Source: Balamuthia mandrillaris (Eukaryota). Taken from it: a stretch of 64,000 nucleotides of DNA. The stretch's first letter is position 1, and each line of letters opens with the position of its first letter. Location: positions 124,001 to 188,000 of the forward strand of contig JAVKOQ020000025.1 of the NCBI GenBank assembly GCA_031835245.2. Direction: 5' to 3'. The position numbers and the translations under genes are program-made. Shown here in pieces: positions 35,216 through 46,465 of this stretch. The notes below the pieces were generated by a model, which searched no databases, was not told where the DNA came from, and saw only the letters and a list, made by a program, of their open reading frames with translations.

Positions 35216-38200
35216 ATGTTTGGTCGCAAAAGACAACACAGCGGCAGCGGAAGCGGCATCAGCGGGTTCGTCTCCTTGCTTCCGATGCCGCTCAGCCGCT
35301 CCCCCTCCGTCGCTCATCAACCACCACAACAACCCTCCGCCGCTTCTTCAAATGCTACTTCCTCCTCCTCCAAAAAAACAAACACACTCTCCGCTTCATC
35401 CTCTCCTGCCGATCCACACCATCTTCATCCACCCACCAGCGAAACCACCACCACCACAACCACCACCACCACCACCACGCGCGTCGTGATCAAGGACAGC
35501 AAGTCTCAGCACAAGAAGAAGCAACAGAAGGACGCCACCAACAAACGCTCCTCCCCGATATTCCTTCGCTCCAACCGCGACAGCTCTTCTTCTGCCTGCT
35601 CTGCCTCTTCTCCGTTGCTGCCGCGCTCCCGTTCGTTCACCGCTTTGCCCCAGCTGCCGGTGTTGATCAAGAGCAACGTCCACCAACACAACGTGCCCCT
35701 GACGGTCATCTTTTGGGTGGGCTGCGCCTCCCCGCCGCAGGGAGGAGCGGGAGGGGCTTCAGCTCCGCCTGCCAGCTTTGCCTTGTTGGAGAGCAGCCTG
35801 ACCAGTTGCTTTAGTCAAGGTTTCGCTCTCTCTTGTTCTCCCTTTGCTTCTGTCTTACTTTGTTTCGCTCCTCATTCTTGTTCTTCTTGTTCTTCTTGTT
35901 CTTGTTCTTCTTCTTCTTCTTCTTCTTCTTCTTCTTCTTCTTCTTCTTCTTCTTCTTCTTCTTCTTCTTCTCTCGTCTCTCGTCTCTCGTCTCTCTTCTC
36001 TCTTCTCATTCGTCACTCTTCTCTTCTCTTCTTTCTTGTTTCTTGTTTCTTCTCTCTTCTTGTTTCTTGCTTCTTGCTTTTTTTGCTCATACTGTATTAT
36101 ATGCATACAGTTGTACCATTAGACCTCAAAGAAGCCTTGTTGGAGATCAGAGAAAAGGCTCCTTCACTCATCGTGGCTGACCTGCGAGACTATGTCCCAG
36201 AGTCTTCCTCTTTTCTTAAAGACACTGTCACAAACAGCAAAGGCGGTCTAAGTGACCTTGATATGCTATTACGATCTTCTAAGCTTGAGAATGTCCCTGT
36301 ATTTGGTTTGTTTCAATTACTCATTTCTGTTCCTGTTATTGTTATTGTTGCTGTTGTTCTTATTATTTCTTTTTGTTGTTGTTTTGTTCTTCTTCTTCCT
36401 CTTTATTTTAACAATGCACATTTAGTAATGACATCAGCTCATGAGGATGAAGAGAGCGTAGCCTCTCTTCTGGACAAAGGGGTAGCTGATGTGCTCTCCC
36501 CCAACATTGCTCCCTCTCTTCTCAAGAAACGCATCGACAACCAACTCCATTTGCAGAGATTACTTCATAGTCGCAATAAGTCTCCACTCACGCCACAACT
36601 AACAAAGACAGACACAATCCAACGAGATGAAGAGACAGAAGAAGATCAACAAAAACAACAAGCAACGAACGCAAAAGCTTCAAAGAAGAAAACGAAAGAT
36701 GGAAGTCTTGCTAGCGACGTGTCACGATTTGTATCATCGCCACGTTTTGCCAAGGTATCGTTTTGTCTTATCGTTTCGCTGTATACTTCTCTTTTATTCG
36801 TTCTGCAATAGTAAAATTAATATTATATTCTGTTTTAGCTAGCAAAAGGTTTCCCGTTCTTGGCTGGTCGCTTGGAGCGGTTCGTGGATACCATCGAAGA
36901 GGATGAAAGGGTTTTCGAGCCAGTTCGTTTTACCTCTCATTTTCAGTACTTTTAAACAGCATTAACTTTGCAATTCCATTTTATGTCCTCAAACAAATAA
37001 CTTTCAGGAGGAACGCTTTTTCACAGAGTGTGATAGGGAAACCAAAGAGTGGCTCATGACTAACTATACACGGCGCAGAAGCGCTATACCAACGGATCAA
37101 CCGCTTGGCTATGCCTCCACTCGAGTCAGCCTACTAACTCAAAGCCAGATATCACGTACAAAGCGCTATTCTTCCTCTCTTTCATTCTTCTCTCTCTTTA
37201 CTAATTGCTATCTTCCCTGTTGTTTGAACCTGATTTTTATTTTTCTGGCGCTATGCATCTCAAAGGGTTATTGAGAATGTGGGACTTTGATGTATTCGCT
37301 TACTCGGAGGAGCAATTGGAGTCTTTTATCTGTCAGCTGTTTGACACGGACTATCGGCTGTTGGAACACTTCACAATTCCGGATACTACTTTTAAAAGCT
37401 TCGTACACGCCGTGAGAACCAACTATCGCTCCAATCCTTATCACAACTTTCGTCACGCTTTTGACGTTCTTCAAAGTGTGTCTGCTTTATTGGTATCGCC
37501 GTTTATCCTTCAGCTTTCATGCTCTCTCTCTCTCTCTCTCTCTCTCTCCACATGTTCTCAACAAACTAACAACATGACGTTCAGGAAATGGGAAGCTTAC
37601 ACGAGTTTTTCACCACGAATGACATGTTCGCTTTGCTCATCTCTGCGTTATGCCACGACCTCGACCATCCAGGCACCAACAACAACTTTCAGATCAACAC
37701 CCGCAGTCAGCTTTCTCTTCTCTACAACGACATTTCCGTTTTGGAGAACCATCACAGCTGCCTGCTGTTCAAGATTTGCACCAAAGAGGAGAGCAACATA
37801 TTTCGTAACATGGACACGTCCAACTTTCAAGAAATACGGACTACTATCATTTCGAACATCCTGGGTTTGTGATCTTTCCTTCATTCTTCTTCGCCCTTTT
37901 CTTTCTTCTTTCTTCTTGTTTATTCTATTCTCTTTGCTTACATTTGTCGATCTTTTACAAATTATTTCGTATAATTTAAAACAAAACAAAGGAACTGATA
38001 TGACACATCACTTTGAGTCGTTGACCAAGTTCCAAACCAGAGTTGCGCTTGAACCTCTCTGCGATGAGAACATTAACGATCGACGACTTCTTATGAAAGT
38101 TCTGTTGCACGCAGCAGACATTAGTAACCAAGCGAAATCTTGGAAGTTGGCTAAAGCTTGGGCGAATCGAGTGGCAGAAGAGTTTGCTTTGCAAGGAGAT

Positions 38201-38597
38201 CTCGAACGAGAATATGGCTTGCCAGTCTCGCCAGGAATGGATAGAAAAACTGCAAACCAGGTTATTTTCATGTTCATTTTTCTTTTTTGCTATTACTTTC
38301 TCCTTCTGTCGTTTCTTTCTTGTAGTCTTTCTTTCTTGTCGTTTCTTTCTTTCTTTCTTTCTTTCTTCTTCTTAGTGCTAATATGTCTTCACAAAAACGT
38401 AAAAGTCACAAATGTCAGTCAAGTTCATAGAGGTAATCCTTGAACCATTCTTTCAAGCGTTGGCAGACTATGTACCAACTTTTCAGAAACTTTGCATTGG
38501 TCTTGCAGAGAATAAGAAGAAATGGCAAGAAGAAGATGAAGAAAAGGAAGACCCCACTTCAACCGCTTCCTCTTCTTCTGCTTCTTCAGCCTCTTAA
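35216..38597 (+). CDS. RegA-like class I cyclic-nucleotide phosphodiesterase with degenerate receiver domain
   Basis: PDEase_I motifs YHNFRHAFDV, ALCHDLDHPGTNNNF, VLENHH, TDMTHH, LLHAADISN and EEFALQGDLE. Upstream receiver-like PSLIVAD...NVPVFVMTSAHE...LDKGVADVLSP. Confidence 0.88.
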
Positions 38598-38676
38598 TCT
38601 CTCTTTCTCTCATACATGCACCCTTATTTTGTTATATATTATTTTATTAACATGTAAAATAGGCCAACGGAATCTA

Positions 38677-40056
38677 TCAATTATTTTCATCAACGCAAAA
38701 CCAATTCCTAAAGACAATCGTATCAGCTTCTTTCTTTGTCTTCATCTTCTCCAACTCATCCAGTCTCTTCTCTCTACAAGCATTCCACTCTTCAAAACTT
38801 GGCATTCTAATCTTTTCTTTCTTCGATTCCTCTGACAATACACGTAACACAGTCCCCAATAACACTTGCTTCCTCGCTTTCACCTCCCACAGTTTCGCAT
38901 CTTCCAGTGAGAACAGTGTTCTCAACTGCACTGCCACCGAACGCTGCGACTTGGAGAGACTCTTCTTCGTGGCTGCTGCATGCATGATCGCCGCCGGACA
39001 GGTCAAGTAGGTCGTCCCTTCCTTCATCTTAAGTTCTAGCAATTGGACTGGCTGAAACGTTTCTTCTGCATCTTCTTCGATAGCAAAAGCGACGGTGCGT
39101 TCTCCATGAAGAGTAACTCCCATGTGCAGGGCGGAATGAACGTGATCCACGTGCATCGTACAATCAGCAATGTGAGATGGCTTTCCGTAGTGGTATTGTA
39201 TTGCTACGTTCCTCCATATTCCTTCTATTAGTCGTTCAACTAATGCTTCTTCATCTTCTTTTAGTTGTTTTGCTCTTTCTCGTCCCTCGCGTTCTCCTTC
39301 TTTATGCGTTACTTTGTCTTCTCCTTCTTTTTGTTGAACGTCTTTATCTTCGTCATTTTGTTCTTGTTCTTTGTTAGGCTTATAATTGCAGTTTCTAAGG
39401 AGAGCAGAGAGCAGACATTGTTTGAGTTCTTCCAAAAACTCAGAGTTCACCTCTCGAAGAGCGTCCACAAATGCGCAGATGGCCAACGTGGCAGGAGGAA
39501 CCAACGTCTCGATGGTCGCATAACGTGCCGATGAGGTTCGAAGAAACAACGGTGATTCACTGACAGTATGTTTCCCTTCATCCTTTTGTTCTTCGTTTCG
39601 TTCTCTCACAGAAGAAGAACTAGAAGATAGTAACGATTGATATTTTGCAGCATGACATAAGCTTTCCCAGTATCGATGGTCAGGGCCGTACTCCACGTTT
39701 CTGTCGAAGAAGAAAGGGCGATAGTATTCGCCACAGGTAACTGGATCCTTCATCTTGACGCAAAACTCGGAGAGATCATGTTCTCTGTTGGAAAGAACCA
39801 AAACAATATCTCCTTCTCCGTCTTCCTCTTCTTCTCCGTCTTTTCTTTCTATGGAATGCAGAAGTGTTTGAGCGAGCTCTGGTTGCAGATGACCGGAGAG
39901 TATCACGCCTGGCGTGTTAGAAATGCCGAGATACTGAAGAATACCTCCCACAGGACCTTCATACGCAACTTGCAACACTAAACTTTCTTCTCCCTGCTCG
40001 TTTGCTTTCGCTTTCTTCTCCTCTCTTGCTGCTGCACTGCTACTGCCTACTCCCAT
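38677..40056 (-). CDS. Uncharacterised intronless AlkB-fold Fe(II)/2OG dioxygenase
   Basis: NVAIQYHYG...MHVDHVHSALHMGVTLHGERTVAF...LKMKEGTTYLTCPAAIMHAA...QRSVAVQLRT gives HxD, a distal H and R-x6-R in DSBH order. ATG at 40056 (MGVGSSS, possible myristoylation Gly2). Confidence 0.7.
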   Translation of the reverse strand: MGVGSSSAAAREEKKAKANEQGEESLVLQVAYEGPVGGILQYLGISNTPGVILSGHLQPELAQTLLHSIERKDGEEEEDGEGDIVLVLSNREHDLSEFCVKMKDPVTCGEYYRPFFFDRNVEYGPDHRYWESLCHAAKYQSLLSSSSSSVRERNEEQKDEGKHTVSESPLFLRTSSARYATIETLVPPATLAICAFVDALREVNSEFLEELKQCLLSALLRNCNYKPNKEQEQNDEDKDVQQKEGEDKVTHKEGEREGRERAKQLKEDEEALVERLIEGIWRNVAIQYHYGKPSHIADCTMHVDHVHSALHMGVTLHGERTVAFAIEEDAEETFQPVQLLELKMKEGTTYLTCPAAIMHAAATKKSLSKSQRSVAVQLRTLFSLEDAKLWEVKARKQVLLGTVLRVLSEESKKEKIRMPSFEEWNACREKRLDELEKMKTKKEADTIVFRNWFCVDENN

Positions 40057-40192
40057 TTTTCTTCTTTCTGTGTTGTTCTGTTCTGTTCTGTTGTGTTCTG
40101 TTCTGTTCTGTTCTGTTCTGCTAACCAACAAGCAAAGGAATAGAAGTTCTTCTGCCAAGCGGCACTTCTGTTTTTTGTTTGTGTTCCATTAC

Positions 40193-40313
40193 TGTCGACA
40201 TATCGAGGGGTCAATCACAACGGAGAAAACTGACGTCATCCCCGGCACTGGTTTAATTCCACACGTCACCGGTTACCTTAAATGAAATATGCGGACGTCA
40301 TTCCCGGTTACCT
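40193..40313. promoter_or_regulatory. Bidirectional promoter core: TGTCGACA plus three phased ACGTCA-N0-3-CCGG units
   Basis: TGTCGACA at 40193. ACGTCA at 40233, 40263 and 40295, each followed by CCGG; the last two continue CCGGTTACCT. Confidence 0.55.
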
Positions 40314-40502
40314 AATCAACAAAATAAAAAGAAAGAAATAGAAAAGAGAAGAGAGAGAAGAACACTACTTTTTTTTTTTTAAACATCTCTCCCCCTTCAC
40401 ATATTTTTTTTTTCTTTGTTATACATAACAACAACCTCTACAGTCAATTCAACAAGACCCTCTTTTTTTTTTTTTTACAAAAAAAATAAATAAGAATAAG
40501 AG

Positions 40503-43500
40503 ATGGAAGGACCGAAGAAAGTCTCTGCGGTGAAGGACATTGAGGTGCTGGCGCTCAACCCCAAAGTGCTCACCCACGCCAGCTTGAAGCCCACCAAACA
40601 CACCAAAGCGGAGCAGAAACACTGGAAGAGAAACGAAGGCTGCGCTTCTGTAAGTAGCGCTACTCTTTTTGTTGCATTTTATATAAAAAAATCTAAAACA
40701 TTTTTTTCCTCTATGTTTTTTATAAAAAAAGGGATGTGACTTGTATAAAAATTTCGAGGACATCAAGCCGACAACGTTGACGGAGAGGGGTGCCCTCTTT
40801 GAGGCTGCTCGTTGTCTCAAGTGCGCGGATGCGCCCTGCCAGAAGAGCTGCCCTACCCAGCTGGACATCAAGGCCTTCATTTCCAGTATTTCTACCAAGG
40901 TAGGGGTTTTTTTTTGTTTGAGTTGCGCTCCTACTCGTTTTTTCTTTGTGTTTTTTTTCCCTTTGTCCTGCTCTGTCCTCCTTCATTCTTTTCTATTCAT
41001 CCCAAACCCTCTTGTCTCTCTTGCCTCTTTTCTTTACTCTTCTATTCTTTCTTTTCGCTTTTCTCAATTCTCCCCTCTCCCTCTCCCTCCTCCCTCTCCC
41101 TCTCCCTCTCCCTCTCCTCTCCCTCTCCCTCTCCCTCTCCCTCTCCCTCTCCCTCTCCCTCTCCCTCTCCCTCTCCCTCTCCCTCTCTCTCCCTCTCCCT
41201 CTCCTCTCCCTCTCCCTCTCCCTCCCTCTCCCTCTCCCTCTCCCTCTCCCTCTCCCTCTCCCTCTCCCTCTCCCTCTCTCTCCCTCTCCCTCTCTCTCCC
41301 CCTCTCCCTCTCCCTCTCCCTCTCCCTCCCCTACTTTTCTTTTTTAATTTATTATGTTTATACGTGCAGAACTATTATGGAGCAGCAAAGGCTATCTTCT
41401 CAGACAATCCTCTTGGCTTGACTTGTGGTATGGTATGCCCTACCAGCGAGCTTTGTGTTGGCGGTTGTAATTTGTATGGCACAGAGGAAGGCCCTATCAG
41501 TATCCTTTCTTCTTTCCTGTTTTCGTCGTTTCTCTTTCTGCTTGCTCGTCATTCTTTTATCCTTTCCTCTTTTTTCCTCTTCCCTCTGTCCCCTCTTTCC
41601 CCGTTTCTCTTTCATCTATCTTCGCTGTTTCCTTCACCAAAACTTCTAACTAAAAAGACATTGGAGGACTTCAACAATTCGCCACGGATGTCTTCCGCGG
41701 CATGAAAGTCCCTCAAATCCGCGATCCCCAATTGGACCTCTCCAAGCTGCCTCCTAGCTACCAAACCAAGATCGCCTTTGTGGGCTGCGGTCCTGCCTCC
41801 ATCTCCGCTGCCACCTTTTTGGCTCGCATGGGCTACACTGATCTCACCATCTTCGAGAGGGAGGAGTTCCCCGGGGGTTTGAGCAGCACTGAAATCCCTC
41901 AGTTCCGTCTGCCCTATGACGTTGTGGCCTTCGAGCTCAAGCTGATGCTGGACTTGGGAGTGAAGGTGGAGTATGGGAAGGCCTTGGGCAGGGATTTCAC
42001 CGTGGAGTCCCTCCACGAGAAGGACGGATTTGAAGTTGTTTTCTTGGGCTTTGGCTTACCTAAGGTTTGGCCTTTTCTCTTTTCTCGTCTCTTCTTCTGC
42101 TCCTCTCCCCTTCCGATACAACCTACAACACAAAAAACTCACCCACAATGTAACAACTATAGGCTAGAGTATCAAAGGAGCTGCAAGGTCTCTCCACTAA
42201 CGAAGGCTTCTTCACCTCCAAAGATTTTTTGCCGCGTGTCAGTGCTGCCTCCAAGCCTGGTATGTGCGCTTGCAAGTCCTCCTCCTCACCCGATCTCCCT
42301 CAACTCCACGGCAAGGTGGTAGTTCTAGGAGCAGGAGACACTGCCTTTGACTGCGCCACCTCTTCCTTCCGATGCGGCGCCAATCGTGTGTTGGTAGCTT
42401 TCCGCAGAGCCATTCCTGACATGAGGGCTGTGCCGGAGGAGAGCGACCTTGCCAAGGATGAGCGGTGCGAGTTCATGCCCTTCATGACGCCTAAGCAAGT
42501 AATTGTGAGAGACGGCAAGATCGTTGCTATTGAGCTGTATAAGACTGAAAAGGATGAGAATGGGCAGTATGCTATTGATGAAGGTTTGTGTTTAACTGCA
42601 AGAGTATTTGTTTTCCAACTTTCTTTAACTCTTCTCTCTCTCTCTCTCTCTCTCTCTGTCTTGGGAAATAGATCAATTCATCCGTGTCAAGTGCGACTTT
42701 GTGATTTCTGCATTTGGCTCAATGATCGACGAAGAACTTCAAGCAGCTTGTGCGCCGCTTAAGTTCAACCAATGGGGCTACGCTGATGTGGACGCTGATA
42801 CAATGCAATCCAAACAGGTTCATTTTTTTGTTTTTTTTATCCCTTCCTTCCAACAGTGAAAGCCTGACATTATTTTTGATAAAAGGCTGAGTGGCTATTC
42901 TGCGGTGGAGACATGGCAGGAGTTGCTGGTACCACCGTAGAAGCCGTTAACGACGGCAAGACTGCCAGCTGGTACATGCACACATTTGCTCAATCCCTTC
43001 ACGGTATTATTTTTTTTTTCTTTTTTTACTTGGAAACAATGTCTAAAATACCTCTCAGGTTTACCTGTGCCTAAGGAGCCTAAGCTGCCGCCCTTCATCA
43101 CTCCCATCGATCAGGTGGACATCTCCGTGGAAGTGGCTGGCCTCCGCTTCCCTAATCCCTTTGGTCTGGCTAGCGCCACGCCTGCCACCTCTGCTGCCAT
43201 GATTCGTCGCGCCTTTGAGCAAGGTTGGGGCTTTGCCGTCACCAAGACTTACTCTCTGGTAAAGGATCTTGTTACCAACGTCTCGCCGAGGATCGTGAGG
43301 GGCACCACTAGCGGACATCACTTTGGACCAGGACAAGGCTCCTTCTTGAATATTGAGTTGATCTCCGAGAAAACGGATGCTTACTGGTGTAAGGCTGTAA
43401 CGGAGCTCAAAGAGGATTTCCCTGATAGAATCGTGATTGCCAGCATCATGTGCAGCTTCTGTAAAGAGGATTGGCAGGTTTGTTTTCTGTCCTCATCTTC

Positions 43501-45040
43501 TTTCTCAACTTTTCTCTATAAACATTAATGGACGCTTTCTAAACCCCAAACAGGAACTTGCTAAGAAATCTGTCGCCGCTGGCGCCGATGCTCTTGAGCT
43601 CAATCTTTCCTGTCCCCACGGCATGGGTGAGCGTGGCATGGGCCTCGCTTGCGGACAAGACGTACTCTCCTTCTCCCTCGCTGTTCTTCTGCTTTTGTCT
43701 TCTAACCTATCAAAATAACAACAAAGCCTGATCTTGTGCGAGAGATTTGCAAGTGGGTCAAAGAAGTAACGCCCATTCCCTTCTTTGCTAAGCTGACTCC
43801 CAACGTGACGGACATTCGCCAGATCGCCATCGCTGCCAAGGAAGGCGGCGCCACCGGCGTCACCGCCATCAACACCATCTCCGGTCTGATGGGAGTGAAG
43901 GGAGACGCCACTGCCTGGCCCGCCGTTGGCAGCGAGAAGAGGACCACCTATGGTGGTATGTCAGGCAATGCCACTCGCCCTGTTGCTCTTAGAGTATGTT
44001 TTTCGTTCGGTTTTTGTTTTCGTTTGTTGTAATGGTGTTAATGTTGTGTTCTGTCAAACGTTTTACTTACCTAAACAAATACACAACAATAAAGGCTGTG
44101 TCCAGCATTGCCAACATGCTTCCTGGTTTCCCTATTTTGGCGACCGGAGGCATCGACAGCGCCGATGCTGCCATGCAGTTCCTCTACTGTGGCGCCAGCG
44201 TCATGCAGATTTGCTCTGCCGTTCAAAACCAGGACTTTAGCGTCATTCAAGACTATATCACTGGTCTTAAGGTTTGTTTTTTTCTCTCTCTCTTCTCTGT
44301 AGAAACTGGACCTAAATTTTTGTATTATCAACGAAAAAAAAAGTGCTTGTTGTACATGAAGTCTCGTGAGGACTTGGCGCAGTGGGACGGACAAAGCCCG
44401 CCACGACCTCTGTCAGTGGCAGAGCTGGTTGCCAAGCAAGGCAAAGTCGCTCCTCACTTTGGTCCTTATGAACGTAAAAACAAAGCAGTAAGTGGTTTTC
44501 TTTTCTCGTTCTTTCACTTTCTTTATTAATGAACAAAAAAAAAAAAAAACAGGCGAAGAAAGAATATTGGGCCAAAGCAGATATTCTTCAGGTGCAAGAG
44601 AAAGAAAAGGAAACCGTACCTCAACCCGAGAAAGTGGTCACCATTCAGGACGTCCTTGGCACTGCTCTGCCTCGCATCGGTGCCTACGGCCAACTCAACA
44701 ACAAGGTTCTTTGCTTTTCTTTCGTTTTAGCTGCTTTCTTTTCGTTCTTTTTCTCTGCAGGTTTACTAACAACCATTATGACAATAAAAAGGAACAAGCC
44801 GTGGCCATTATCGATGAGGACAAGTGCATCAACTGCGGCAAGTGCTACATGACGTGCAACGACAGCGGCTACCAGGCCATTCGCTTCGATGCCAAGACGC
44901 ACATCCCAACCATCACCGACGACTGCACCGGCTGCACCCTGTGCGTCTCCGTCTGTCCTATCCCCGACTGCATCACCATGGTGCCTCGTTCCACCGCCTA
45001 TGTCCCTGATAGAGGCATTCCAGTGGAGCAACAAAGCTAA
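40503..45040 (+). CDS. DPYD: Dihydropyrimidine dehydrogenase [NADP+]
   Basis: [104 protein letters not shown], and C-terminal ferredoxin CINCGKC...CTGCTLC. Confidence 0.98.
41073..41330. repeat. Intronic (CCCTCT)n microsatellite in DPYD
   Basis: Directly visible within the intron from 40900 to ~41369. Confidence 0.95.
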
Positions 45041-45265
45041 GAAACCAACAGAAAAAAAAAGGTTTTTTTTTAAATATTTTACAGCGAAGTCTTTTTGTGT
45101 TTTTCGTTCGTTTCGTCTTTCTGCTTTGGAGTGAAGTGTTTTGATGTTTCTCCCAAGATAGAACGCACACCTATGTGTAGCGCTTCTTTCTTTCTTTGGT
45201 CTCTTTCTTTTCTTTCTCGTTCATCTCGGCCTTTGCTTTCGCTATCTTCCGCTCATCACCTTCAC

Positions 45266-45981
45266 TCACTTGGATCGGTAATGGGCGGGCCGATGTCGTC
45301 GCACCCAGTCCATGATCTTGCCGGTCTGAGCGGCGTCCACCCAGCCCATGTCCTGCAGGTCGTCCTCCTCCATCAGGGTGATGGTCTCCATGTCGTCGAA
45401 CCCGTCGTCCACGAGCAGCTGGCAGAGCTCCTCCGGCTGGGGCAGCTGCAGGTCCTCCGCCAACCATTTGCGGATCTCCTCCTTGCGTTCTTGCTCCGAT
45501 TTTCGTGAGTTGTTGTTGTTGTTTTTGTCTATTATTATTATTATTTTTGAAAAGTGTTTTTTTAAAAACAAAAGTATAAAAGTTTTAAACAAATAAAAAA
45601 GAGATGAGAAAAATAAATAAAAGTTTTAAAAAAATAAAAGCAGTTAAAAAAAAATAAAGAAAAAAAAAAGAGAAAAAGAAAAAAATTGGAGAGTGAATAA
45701 AAAAAAGAAAGGAACAAAAAAAATAAAGGTATACCATGTTCAGAAGAGGTGGGGTTCTTCCTGGCGGTGTTGGGACTGGGGTGAAGGCAGGGGGTGGTGA
45801 TCTCGGTGGGGTTGAATTTCACAGAGTCGCTGCGGCTGTATTTCTTTTTCAGCATGTCGATGCGCCGCTGCTTTCTCTCCTGCTTGCGCCGTCGCCGCTC
45901 CTCCTCCTTCTCCAAGATGGGCAGAAGGGGGTTCTGGACCTGTTTCACCTCGCCTTTGGACTTCTTGCCTCGAAAGCTCAT
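45266..45981 (-). CDS. Small protein with C-terminal SAM domain, 2 exons
   Basis: Exon 2 EEIRKWLAEDLQLPQPEELCQLLVDDGFDDMETITLMEEDDLQDMGW...KIMDWV fits SAM. The join is CATG|gtatacc...aatag|AC. Confidence 0.75.
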
Positions 45982-46465
45982 CTTTCTCTTTGTGTTGTTG
46001 TTAAGGCCCCTATTGTTATTTATTTATTTATTGTTTCTGCGTTACTCTCGGCAATAATTGAGCAAAATTAATAATTGTTAATTAATTGCCAGATTACTCT
46101 TCTATCGATAAAAAAATTGATTATCTCCATATATTTCTAATCAGTCGAACATTCTGGAATTATCGACCAATATCACCAAAATTTGTTTATTTTTGCCATT
46201 TTTGCCATTTTTGCCATTTTGTTGATTTTTTTGAACAAAGTTTCGATAGTTTGCAAATTGGTGGGAAAGAAGCGGAAAAGTGGACGAAAAGACATAGCGA
46301 CTGACCTCTCCGCTCCACACGCCCTCTCTCTCTCGCTCTCCTATCATTGACCAACCAACAACAACATGGGACGCTAGGACATACAAAGGTGACGACAGAG
46401 CGACTCTTCTTGTCTTTTTTTATTGTTTAACAAAAAAAAAACCACAAAAAAAAAAAAGACAAGCG

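Noticed and set aside
46191..46219. (TTTTGCCAT)x3 mini-tandem in a divergent spacer
   Set aside because: Typical slippage repeat in a repeat-rich genome; no evidence of function.
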